DNA of 64,000 nucleotides, from the NCBI GenBank assembly GCA_013265495.1, contig MU058531.1, positions 1,362,911 to 1,426,910 of the forward strand, given 5' to 3'. The notes beneath the pieces are model-generated. The model saw nothing but the letters and a program-made list of their open reading frames with translations, ran no database searches and was not told where the DNA came from. The translations under genes were made by a program, and so were the position numbers. Below are positions 52,941-64,000 of this stretch, in pieces (positions within the stretch are counted from its first letter, which is position 1; each line of letters starts with the position of its first letter). The stretch comes from Vicugna vicugna (Eukaryota).

Positions 52941-53729
52941 TCCTGGGAAAGCATGTCTGATACCTTTATGAATCTTTTCTGAGGTCCTCTGGGTTCACGG
53001 TGCATTGATACTGCACCTTGGCTCTCCTCTCCTCCACAGTATGCTCTAAGCCTCACAATTCTTCCTGTGGTCGAGAGACTTTTCATCAGTCCGATTGTGT
53101 CATGATCTTGACCCTTCTGTCCTTGAGCAAGTCAAGCTAGCTTACCAAAAATCCGATTTTAAATTGATCATCTCTAGGATATGGAAAACTACCAATCAGT
53201 TTAGATGATACTTTGGAAAACCCAGCTCTGCCCAAGCCTGACTCAGTCTAAACTTGTGCTAGAAGGATGGTGGGCCAGTTACCTTCGTGAGGCGGCAGTC
53301 ACTAAAATCACTAATGCCTAGAACCGAGCAGAAGTCTATATCAGTAACTCAGGTTTCTCACTAAATTCACAAGTGTCCTTGTGTGGAGAAAAGAGGATTT
53401 GCCACCCAGGAGGCCCATCTATGCTGACTGTCTTCGTGATGTTCTCTGGAGCTTGAATAATCATAGCCATGCCACCAACCCCGAGACCCTCCATGACAAT
53501 GCCTATAGGTCAGCTGAAATTCTTAAGAATAGTTTATTTTATTATCCAAATTGTAAACTCTTTACACTCATTCCAGTGAGTTGTCTCTTCCCCCACCAAA
53601 ATAATCACAAAATAAAACTGAAAATAACATTATAAAAAAGTGGGAAATGTTTTGGCGATATGAAAGTCCAAAAAAGAACTTTTAAACAGAATTTGAACAA
53701 GATCTGGTTAATTATATGCATATAAATTA

Positions 53730-54640
53730 TCTCTATTCATAGGTACAATGACTGACTTTGAATTGTAAGTAATGGAAAGTAGTGACCCAAAAGACCATTT
53801 CAAAGAAGTTTAAATATTATGTTAGATCATGGAAGCCAGGTTTCTCAATGTTTGAAAAAGGGAATTAAAAAGTGAAAAGAGGGAAGGCTGGAGTCAACAC
53901 TACAGTTTATGCGGTTGAGAAGGTAATCTCAAAGTAGTTCTCCACAAATAACTTATTAATGACACAGGGAGACCTAGTAACTGCAGAGGATTAACATCAC
54001 CAGTAACGGAACAAGCTGGCTTTGTGTGCCTCCTGATGGGATGCACAGTGGAAGACACAATATCACATCTCTGGTGTTAATGCATAACCGAAAATGCATA
54101 GCCTGAATCAAAACATGGGGACACTTCAGAAAAGGTAAAAATTTTAACTATCCTATAAAATACCTAGCCTGTACCAAGACATGAAAGATAAGGGAAGATG
54201 AAGAAACTGTTCCAGCTTACAAGAGACTAAACAGACATGACAACGAAATGCAATGCATGCTCCTGGGTTAAATCCTGGACCAGGGTAACTAATGACTATG
54301 AATAGCATTACTGGCACCACTGGAGCAATTTAAATATGAATTTTAGATTAAAGTATTGTATCAAAGTTATGGTTTATGATTTTGATCATTGGAGTGTGGT
54401 TATGTGAGGGAAGTCCCTGCTTTTGGGAAATACACACTAAAGAATTTATGGGTAGAGGATCATAATATGTTCAAGGTACTTTCAAAGGGTTAAAAAAAAG
54501 TACAAAGAGAGAGTGAGAACAAATAATGAAGCAAATAGAGCGAAATACTAACAATTGGTGAATCTGGATAAAGGAAATACAAATGTTTCTCAGACTATTC
54601 TTTTGACTTTTGTGAAAGTCTGAAATTACATTAAATAAAA
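53730..54640 (+). mobile_element. L1MC-like long 3' UTR
   Basis: ttaacatcaccagtaa...tgtgcctcctgatgggatgcac...gacatgacaacgaaatgcaatgcatgctcctgggttaaatcctggaccag. Confidence 0.8.
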
Positions 54641-54700
54641 ACATTTAAATATTATATTATATTTAGAGCATTCAATAAACCTTTTTAAAAACATAAATAG

Positions 54701-55060
54701 TGTATTACTTTCCTATTTGCTGCTGTAACAAATTACCATGAACTTAGTGATTTAAAACAACATTAACTTATCTTCTATGCCTTTTCCAGCTTCCAGAGGG
54801 CCCTGCATTTCTTGCTCATAGCCCCTTCCTTGTATCACTCCAACCTCTGTTTTCAGCATCACGGCTCCTTTCCTGGCATTGACCCTCCTGACTTCTTACA
54901 AGGACCTTTTGTGATTACACTGAACCCTTCTCCCCAGATAGTCCAGTATAATCTCCTCATCCCTGGTCCTTAATTTAATCACCAGCAAAATCCCCTTTGT
55001 CACAAGTCCCCGGGGTTAGGTTGTGAACGTCTTTGGGGAGCCATTATCCTGCTTACCACA
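54701..55060 (-). mobile_element. MaLR solo LTR (MLT1D-like)
   Basis: TGTATTactttcctatttgctgctgtaacaaattacc...ggagccattatcctgcttACCACA. Confidence 0.85.
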
Positions 55061-56774
55061 GAGTAATTCAGTTTTTAATATAAAGAGAAATAATTCTATC
55101 TCCCTCCCAGATAAATATTAAACAATATTCAAAGAATTTTGGTTTGAAGGGTCACCCTCAGGCCTAGGAAAGAAAGATTCCCTCAGGGATGAAAACACAA
55201 GGCATCAAATGTATCATAATATTCTGGATTTTAAGTTGGGAAACATATATAAAGGTACCTATTTTATTATTTTTATTTAAATGGTACTTATACATTAGGC
55301 TGTTATGTGATTTAGTTCATAATTGTTTTTAAAAACACATGGGATTATATATGATGATAGATTATTCTTTGCTGATAAGCCTTACCTTTCTTAAGGCCTG
55401 AGGTATTTTGGGAAACTATTTTACTTAAATGTTTTTGAAAAAAATGTTTAAATAGTTTATCTTCTCATTAGGGTTAATTACATGGAGACATGATTTTAGT
55501 TAACAGGCCTAGCAACTAATGTCTTAAACCTATTTATGACAGTAATCATTACTTTGTCAATCAATCAAGCTGAGCAAATAGAAGATTATTACCATTAAAA
55601 ATTATTCTGGAAAAGATGAGATGTTATCAGGGGTTGTGGGTGGGAGGAAGAAGGCAAAATAAAGAGAAAGTGTTTTGGGGTGATGGACTGTTCTGTATTC
55701 TGATCATAGTTGTGACTACTGGAACCTATATAAAAACTCATAGAACTCCACACCCAAATTAAAAAGTACTTACATTACGATAATGTAAAAAGTAAAAGTT
55801 TACCTTATGATAATGTACAGAAAAACTTCTTCTAAAATTATTCTAATCTACTCTGACTCAACAGTTTTAAATTGAGACATTCAGATGAAACATCTAGACA
55901 CAAACACACACAGTCACATGTTCCCTAAAATAGTAAGAGTATGTTCATTGAAGTAATAGCAAAGAATCTGGACCTTACCCAAAGGTTTTTCAGCAGAGGA
56001 CTAGTTAAACAAATTGCAATGTTTTCATACTATGCAAGACATAAAATAGACTTGAAGTAAACTGCCTTGTAGTAGGAAGCTGTCCCAGAACTGGCTGGAG
56101 ATTGCAGTGATAACCCACATTCTAAAGGGCGCCTGCAGCTCTTCAGGGCAGGCAGGTAAGAAACAGCTGGATTGGCTTGGCTACCTGGCTGTCAGTGCAC
56201 AATACCCTCCAGTCTACACATGCATATGCAGCCCACTTTGGGGAACAAAGTTCAAGGAGAATTTTCAGTCTTGAGATGTCAGCCTGGTGGGGAGTGCGAG
56301 GGTTTCTCTTTCTTTTCTCGTAAGGGGGACTATCCCTCAAAAGAATTAAGTAAGAGGAAACACGCCGAGATGAGAAGTGCAGGCAGGAAAGGGGGTCCTC
56401 ACATTTTATTCACTGCTTGGACAGCTGCTTATTCAGTGGAACTGCTTATCTGTCCTGTGTGTCTGCTTTAGTAGGGAATAAAAGGAGACAGACAGTTGGA
56501 CAAAGAGGACAGACATGGAGCAGCCCGCCATCCATTCTTGGGTGTGACAAGGCTATGAGGGCTTCCTGAGATTGAGATGATCCTTGGAAGGTAGCCGGGC
56601 TCCAGACACCCTGCTGGGTGCCCTATCCATGAGGCTTGGTCGAAGAGAGAGACCCCCAGGAATAAGAAACTGCAGAGTGAACTGTCCTGGATAGGACTGA
56701 GAGGAGATTGGAAAAAGCTGAGCTCCATCATATTTACCATGCCAAAGAACTTGGCCTGAGGAGAATTTTTTTTC

Positions 56775-57260
56775 TGTTTTTTTTAATTGAAGTATAGTCT
56801 ATTTATAATGTTGTGTTAATTTCTGGTGTACAGCATAGTGATTCAGTTTTATATATATACATACACACACACACACACATATGTATATATTCCTTTTCAT
56901 ATTTTTCATTATAGGCTATTACAAGGTATTGAATGTAGTTCCCTGTGCTATACAGTAGGACCTTGTTGTTTTTATCTATTTTATATATGGTAGTTAGTAT
57001 CTGCAAATGCCAAACTCCCAGTTTATTCCCTCCCTACACCCCTTCCTCACTGGTAACCATAAGTTTGTTTTCTGAGTCAGTCTCTTTCTGTTCATCCCAA
57101 TTTTTTGAGGAAACTCCATACTGCTTTCCATGGTGGTTGTACTAAGTCCTTACCAACAGTGCACAAGGGTTCCCTTTTCTCCACATCCTTGCCAACACTT
57201 GTCACTTCTTGTCTTTTTGATAACTGCCATTCTAACAGGTGTGAGGTGCTATCTCATTAT
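56775..57260 (-). mobile_element. Young L1 3' end with internal deletion
   Basis: ttaattgaagtatagtc...ggtgtacagcatagtgattcag; jumps to an ORF2-end segment at about 57090-57100. Confidence 0.9.
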
Positions 57261-57279
57261 GGTTTTGATACAATTCTTA

Positions 57280-57490
57280 TTTTCTATTTTTTAATTTTTT
57301 AAATTGCAGTATGGTCAGTTTACAATGTTGTGTCAAAGTCTGGTGTACAACATAAGTCATACATATATTCCTTTTCATATTCTTTTTCATTATAGGTTTC
57401 TACAAGATATTGAATATTGTTTCCTATGCTATACAGTAAAAACTTACTGTTTATCTATTTTATATATAGTAGTTAGTTTCTGCAAATTTC
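57280..57490 (-). mobile_element. Second young L1 3' end
   Basis: gtcagtttacaatgttgtgtca...ctacaagatattgaatattg...ttatctattttatatatagtagttag. Confidence 0.88.
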
Positions 57491-57816
57491 TAAAAGGTAA
57501 ACCCCAGTCCTACAAAGAAGTAAAGGAATAATTCTAAGATATTTAAATAAGTCATAGAGAGAAAACTAAACGCTGCAGGACAACCATGTGATACCTGTGG
57601 ACAGACCTAATGCAATGGATGCAAATGTGGACACGAAAAGAAAGGAAAGGAAAAGCTAAAAGAGAAGCGAAGAAAAGAAACGAAAATCCTAGAAACCTTA
57701 GGATCTGCCCTGTGGGCCAGCTCTGGATTACAAGCCCCTTGTGAGCAGACAATCCATCTCACTCATCTGTTTCCCGATGGAGCACCCAATATATCATTTA
57801 ATACATTGTTCGGCCT

Positions 57817-58166
57817 TGTCTTAGTACCTAATGCTGCATGATAAACTGTCAAAAAACTTGGCAGCTTCAAAGAACAGCACCTAGTATCTCAGAGCTTCTG
57901 TTGGGGAGGAATCTGGGCAGGGCTTATCTAGGGGCCTCTGACTCAGCCTGCCTCACAAGGCTGCAATCAGAGTATTGCCTAGGGCTGCAGTCAGCTCCAG
58001 GATAAACTGGGGGGAAAGGCTCTTTCACGTTCACTCACTTGGCTGCAGGTTGGCCTCAGTTTCTTGCTGGCTATTTGCTGGAGACATTAATTCCTTGCTA
58101 CCCGGGCTAATCATAACATGGCAGTTTTGCTTGAGAGAGAGAGAGGCAAGATGGAAGTCACAGTCA
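57817..58166 (-). mobile_element. MaLR LTR fragment (MLT1E/F-like)
   Basis: ggaatctgggcagggctta...cctcacaaggctgcaatca...ggcctcagtttcttgctggct...gcaagatggaagtcacagtc. Confidence 0.8.
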
Positions 58167-58174
58167 GCCAGAGA

Positions 58175-58309
58175 GGTGGGGTTCTACTGGCATCTAGTTC
58201 GTAGGGACGATCAGGGATACTGCTGAACATCCTAAAATGCACAGGACAGCCCCCACCACCAAGAATTATTTGGCCAAAATGTCCGAAGAGCTGAGGTTGA
58301 GAAACCCTG
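58175..58309 (+). mobile_element. MER20 hAT fragment
   Basis: ctactgggcatctag...cagggatactgctgaacatcctaaaatgcacaggacagccccc...gctgaggttgagaaaccctg. Confidence 0.85.
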
Positions 58310-58500
58310 ACTTTGTTTGCAAAGTATTTTAAATTATCTCAATCTTCACACAATGCTATAAGGTAAGAGTTCTCTCTCCATCTTATTGCTGAGGAAACAG
58401 AGGCTTAAAGACATTCGATGATTTGCTCTGAGATACACAGCAAGACAATAGGGAGGCAGGATTTGAACACAAGCCAGTCTCACTCCATGGCCAGGCTTCT
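58310..58500 (-). mobile_element. MIR SINE
   Basis: ctgaggaaacagaggcttaaag...ggcaggatttgaacacaagccagtct. Confidence 0.75.
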
Positions 58501-60004
58501 TCTAACTGTGGAACGGGAGCAGAGGGAGAGAGAAGATGGAGAACGAGGTCTGGGAGTGGGGAGGGAGAAATGACTTCTTGCCAGGAAATGTTCCAGATGC
58601 CATTCTTGTTAACCTCATTCGAAATTTGCAACAAGACAAGAACACGGACCAAGCAGACTCTGTTCTCTGGGAAATGACAGCTTGGCAAGGCCCTATTCTG
58701 TGTCAGAGCTGGGTTAGAGCTGTGCATCCTGTGGTCCCAGAAGCCCACGGTGCTCACGCTGACCACACTTGCTCCCTTCTGCCTGGGGCCCCAGCTGTGC
58801 CTCCTGATGTATCACTGGTGACCGCTCAGAGAGCCATGCCAAGGTCCTTACCAGTCTGCTTTCAATATGGCAGGCCTGGATTCTTTGGGGCCCAGGCACA
58901 CACCACCAAGTAGATCACATTGTGAAACCATCTGATACAGACATTTGACACTCCCTGTCATTTCTGTACATCTGCGTTCCCCATCCTACACCTCTTTTAA
59001 GACTTGAGGACTTATTTCCTCCTGAAACCCTCAGTCAGAATTTGAACATTTCCATTCTCCAAAGGATAATGTTGTCCTTGAGACAGATTCTCTGACTGAA
59101 TTACACCTTCCCAGTGTGCCTTTCTGTCTGGGGAGTCACCCCTTTATTAGTTGCCGTCCTTGTTTTAATGGGACTTACTCCTTATGGGATGGAAACATGC
59201 AAATCTATTCCACGATGACACTCCATCAGCAGTGAGAGGCTGTTCGTGCCACAGGCTTTCAGAGGATTTGAGTTTAAAATTCCCAGATTTGTAGGCACTG
59301 TGAAGTTTTTATTTAACGTTTTACACAAAAAGAAAATTTGGCAAGAGGGATATTGTTTTCTCCATTCTAGGGCTGTAAGAATAGACGAACCTTTCACCAG
59401 CTGGGAATTTGTAGGTGTGTGCCTGCTGGGAATTCAAAGGGCACACATTCTTTGGCCAAATATGGTGTTGGCATATGGCCAACCTTGTAGGAACATTGGT
59501 TGTTGCAGACTGAGTCTGTGGTTTGGTGACTAATGTCACCTCACCTTGTTTTTATCGTGACCTAAATGACAGGGGAAGTAGGGGAGATGGGGGTGGGCTG
59601 GGGGGAAGTTTTCACTCGGGCCGTGGCCGACCAAGCAAAGTTACACAGTTACTCCTCCTGCTGTCAGCTGACACCAGACCAGCTGCATCAGGACACAGAC
59701 AAATTCAAGTCCAGAAATGGCAGTTCCCAACTAACAAAAATGTGCAGGGCCTTTAAAAATCACAGAAAAAAACAGCAAGCAAAGCCACCCGAAAAGAGCA
59801 ACGATCAAGCGGTGCCTAGCTGCCCGTTTCTTCTGCTATGTTATTTCTGATTTCTGACTGGTTGGCGTGATTAAGCTTTAGTTCTCTGATTCAGGTGAGC
59901 GGTGACTGGGATTTTGGTTGGAAAGGAATTTTCATTGAGTTATCTTGTTTTCTCCCCTTGAGTTTCTTTGTTATTTATGTATTGTATGTACAGATTCATT
60001 ACAG

Positions 60005-60250
60005 AGCAGTTTTCAAGCCTTGGGGCAATGAGTAAGAAATTGATGTTTACATTGTGACACACACACACACACAAAACTGCAAGTGCTACAAAAAATATAC
60101 TCTCTCTTACTATGTTTGATTCGCTTTAATATTTTCATTCTATTCCACTTCCTTCTAAACTAGTCTTAACTATCCAAAATGCTTTTTGCTGCCCATTAAT
60201 TTGATTTCACAGACTGTTAAAGGAACATGACCCACAGTTTGGAAAGTGTC
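60005..60250. mobile_element. hAT-Charlie fragment (Charlie4-like) containing (CA)n
   Basis: agtaagaaattgatgtttacattgtgacac...ttgatttcacag...atgacccacagtttggaaa. Confidence 0.5.
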
Positions 60251-61167
60251 ACATTACTTAAACTGTGGTTTAAAGAATGACAATTTAGAGCATTCTGATG
60301 AAATTTAAAGTGTAACTAGAAAGTGAATTTAATTAGCATATTCCAGGATTTTTTTCCCCCTGTAGGATCAGTAATGTTGCTCATCCAGTTCTTTGGTGGA
60401 ATTGTGATGTACCCACAATTTCACACTTTTCTCTTCCAATTCTGATGAATGGTTGTGAAAACTATAATTAGATCAGACTCCTTTCCACATCCTCAGACAG
60501 ACAGAGACTTCGGGAGCTCTTCCGAAGCATCTCACCCATGAAGCCTGGCAAGCTTGGGGGACATGGTGCCTGTTGGCCATGGCCATGGTCTGTGTAGACA
60601 TAGAAGAGTCCACACAGGAAACGGCCCACCAAGGAGGTACCCAGGCTTAACCAGATGCCCCGTTAGGAGTCAGCACCAGGGAAAGGGAGGGAACCAGGAG
60701 AAAGCCAAGTGAGAGGGAAGCTGTGAAAGTCATGGACAGAGGGAAAGGGGGCAGGCATGGGGTAATTCCCAAACTAAAAGCAAAAAGCTATTGGGTCTCC
60801 TGACCCTGCTCCTGCGGTCCTGTGTAGGAGCGGGCTTCAAACACTTGGATAGGGTGCTCCAAAGCTGCTACCCAGAGGATCACATTAAAGTAAACCTTCA
60901 GATTCACTCACAATAATAATTCCATGAGCTATTTTCTTTCAAGAATCTGATATTAAGTCAAAGTTGTATATCTCTCTTCACCTATATCATAAGGTGACAA
61001 ATGCCAGAAATTTTATCCTTTCATCCATAAATATATCAGCGTGTATATAAAAACTATTTTTAAAACAAGACCAAAATTATATCATCACGCTTAAAATTTT
61101 TTAATAATGTTTTCTTAATACCATTCAATATCCAACTAGAATCCACATGTCCCTAATCATCCCATAA

Positions 61168-61534
61168 TTTTTTATTTTTGTTTTTGGTTTTTTTTAGTTA
61201 ATTTTTTTTGTTGAAGGATAGTTGGTTTACCATGTTGTGTTAATTTCTGGTGTACAGCACAGTGTTTCAGTTATACATATATACATATTCCTTTTCATAG
61301 TCTTTTTCATTACAGGCTGTTACAAGATATTGAATATAGTTCCCTGTACAGTAGAACCTTGTTGTTTATCTGGTTTTGTGAAGATTTTCCTTGTAGTTCC
61401 AATTGTACAAGATCTTCTGCCAAAGTTCAATAGGTTTTCTGTAAGAACTGTTCCATATGTAGATGTATTTTTGATGTATTCGTGGGAGAGGGTGAGCTCC
61501 ACATCCTTCTTCTCCACCATCTTGGATGTCTGTC
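61168..61534 (-). mobile_element. Mini-L1: L1 5' end fused directly to L1 3' end, with poly(A) and TSD
   Basis: Minus strand reads GACAGACATCCAAGATGGTGGAGAAGAAGGATGTGGAGCTCACC (L1 5' end with YY1-like CAAGATGG) ... CACAAAACCAG|ATAAACAACAAGG ... A-rich tail. TSD CATCCCATAA at 61158-61167 and 61535-61544. Confidence 0.85.
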
Positions 61535-62459
61535 CATCCCATAAATTTTTGTTTGCTTCTACATTTTTCTTTTTGTAATCAGGGTCCACATAATTAGGGC
61601 CCATACGTTTTAAGTGGTTGATTTGTCTCCTAAGACGCTTTTCATTTATAAGTTGCCCCAATTTCTTTACGTGGTAACAAATAAGATCCAAGGCCTCTTT
61701 AAATCACTGGGACTATCCAAGAAAATATAAATTGTTTATTTCAGCTTGTTTGTCAGCTAAGAAAAATAGCTGCAGGCCTCCTCTGCAGGTATTAGAGGGG
61801 AAAAGTACTAGCTTTGGGTGACATGGTACCAATGGTGATGAAAACCCTCCTCTGTCATTCCTGACTCTCCTCCATTAGGCTCACTCCTTTATACTTCTAA
61901 AAAGCCTCTTTTAAAACACTACATGAAATTCTCATGTCTTTCACATTCTATAAACAGGAAATGTTAATCCTTGGTATTAATCTCTCAGCTCTTTGCCATC
62001 ACAATGTTTATAAATGTTGGCCCAGGGGATGACAGGCCTGGTGAGTCATCAAAGAATCAACTCTCTTCAGCAGAGTTTTAGTGTTGAGTGCATTTAGCTG
62101 TCTTCTAATTCTTAGAGAATCCATATGTTTATTATTTTTTGTGTGATGGCACATGCCAGAAGAGAAAGCTGGTTTTTCTATTTCCAGAGTGAAGTTTTCT
62201 CCCATTCACCTGAATAAATCTTCCCATCACAATGCAGTAGTTATTCCCTAGCTTTCAAAACTTCTAAAACATCCTTGTAGTTTTAAGCTAATCAGCACTT
62301 AGAAACCATAAACTTCCATTTTTCTTTTTTTTCTCTTTTTCTTTGTCATGTTGCTGGCGCTTTACCTTTGCCTGGATTTCTGAGTGACATGAATACTGGA
62401 GGGTGTGTCCAAGAGTAGAAATGCCATGTGGCAGCAATCCACAATACAGTGACATGCCA

Positions 62460-63960
62460 GTTTTCAAATCAACTTTATTGAGGTGCAGTTTACATAAACT
62501 GCACCCATATTATGGTACAGATCAATGCAATTTGATAAATGTGTATATCTGTGTAGCCTCCATCCCAGTCAAGACAAATACAGAACATTTTCATAATCCC
62601 AGAAAGTTCACTCATGTCTCTTTGCAGTCATCTACCCCTTCCCTTGCCCCAGATAACTGTGATCTGTTTACTATGAATAGAGCTAATTATGCCTGTTTTT
62701 TATATAAATGGAATATACAGGATAGACTCTTGTGCCTGGCTCCTTTATTAGCTCAGCTTAAGTTTTTGAGATTCATCCATGTTTTTGTGTGTATCAATAC
62801 CTGTTCTTTTTTTTACTGCTAAAAAGAATTCTATGATATGAATATATCATAATCTGTTTATCCATTCACCTTTTGATAAACATTTGGATTATTTCCAGGT
62901 TTTGGCTATTTTGAATAACGCTGCTAAAACAAATGTATACAAGACTGTGTGGGCATATGCATTCAGTTATCTTGGGTAAATACCTAGGAGAAAAATTGCT
63001 GGTGAGTGCATGAATAACTTTTAAAAAACTGCCAAAGTGTTTCCCAAAAAGGTTGTGTCATTTTATACTCCCATCAGTATAAGAATTCCAGTTGCTCTAG
63101 ACCCTCACCAACATTTGCTGTTGTCGGTCTTCTTAATTATAGTTATTCTAGTGTATCTGTGAGAGAATCTTACTGTAGTTATAATTTGCATTTCCCTCAG
63201 GGTGGAAGATGTTGAGCAGGTTTTCATGTGCTTGTTGGCTTATTTGCATATCTTCTTTTGTGACGTATCCAAATCTTTCAATTTTTATTTTTATTGGGCT
63301 ATTTACTTGTTATTGACCTCTAAGAGTTTTTTATATATTCGGGACATAGTCCTTTGTCAGATAAATGTATTATGAATTTTTCTCCCAGCCTGTGGCTCAT
63401 CTTTTCATTTTCTTAATGGAATCTTCCAAAGGGCAAATTTTAAAAATTTGGATAAAATTCAATGTATTTTTTCAAAATATATTTTACAGTTTGTTCTTTT
63501 CTTGTCCTAAGAAATCTTTTTCCACACCAAGGAAGCTAGTCTCCTACATTTTCTGTCAGAAGTTTTATACTTTTAGCTTTTATGTTTAGATTTATACTCC
63601 ATTTAAAATAATTTTTGTGTGTGGTATGAGGTAATAGTGGAGGTTCATTTTGTTCGTATGAATATTCTGTTTCAGCACCATCTGTTGAAAAGACTATTCT
63701 TTCTTCACCTTTGTTGAAAATCAATTTATGTGTGGGTCTATTTATGGAGTCTTGATTTTATTCCACTGATTAAAATGTTTATCTTCATGCCAATACCATG
63801 CTCTCTTGATTACTGTAGCTTTGTAAAAAAGTACAAAGTAAATAAGGACAAACTACTTGAAATCAAGTAGTGTAAGTCCTCCAACTTTGCTCTTTGTTTA
63901 AAAAAATTGACTATTCTAGCTCATTTGCATTTCCATATAAATTTTAGAATTAGTTGTTCA
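62460..63960 (-). mobile_element. L1 (MB/MD-like) 3' UTR and ORF2 end
   Basis: caactttattgaggtgcagtttacata...ttatccattcacc...ttgcatttccct...taagtcctccaactttg. Confidence 0.88.
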
Positions 63961-64000
63961 CAATGGATTACTTCCCAGTAATAAGAAGGAATGAAATATT

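Noticed and set aside
61320..61691. 123 aa ORF containing MVEKKDVELTLSHEYIKNTST
   Set aside because: Chance read-through of the mini-L1 5' and 3' UTRs and flanking sequence.
1..64000. tRNA, rRNA, snoRNA, CRISPR or prokaryotic-type systems
   Set aside because: None recognised; the window is mammalian intron, UTR and intergenic DNA.

Overview
Mammalian nuclear DNA, not prokaryotic. The L1 3' end style and the apparent lack of Alu, B1, Bov-A, PRE1 and SINEC suggest a camelid or other cetartiodactyl. Bases 1-6737 are the last intron of PCGF5 (Polycomb group RING finger 5). The terminal exon starts at 6738, encodes SYPMVLQYRPRIDFG-stop, and continues as an AT-rich 3' UTR of about 5.6 kb ending near poly(A) signals at 11.9-12.4 kb. 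The remaining ~51 kb is intergenic and rich in transposon relics: a composite, defective 5.7 kb L1, younger L1 3' ends, two ERV1-type solo LTRs, MaLR/ERVL LTRs, hAT MER elements, MIRs and L2s. I recognised no other protein-coding gene, RNA gene or CRISPR array. The most unusual observation is a TSD-flanked ~370 bp mini-L1 whose 5' end is fused to its 3' end at an apparent splice junction (61168-61534). Also notable are the interleaved composite L1 and a duplicated 13-mer carrying miR-9 8mer sites in the PCGF5 3' UTR. Repeat family names come from remembered consensus sequences, and boundaries of old repeats are approximate.
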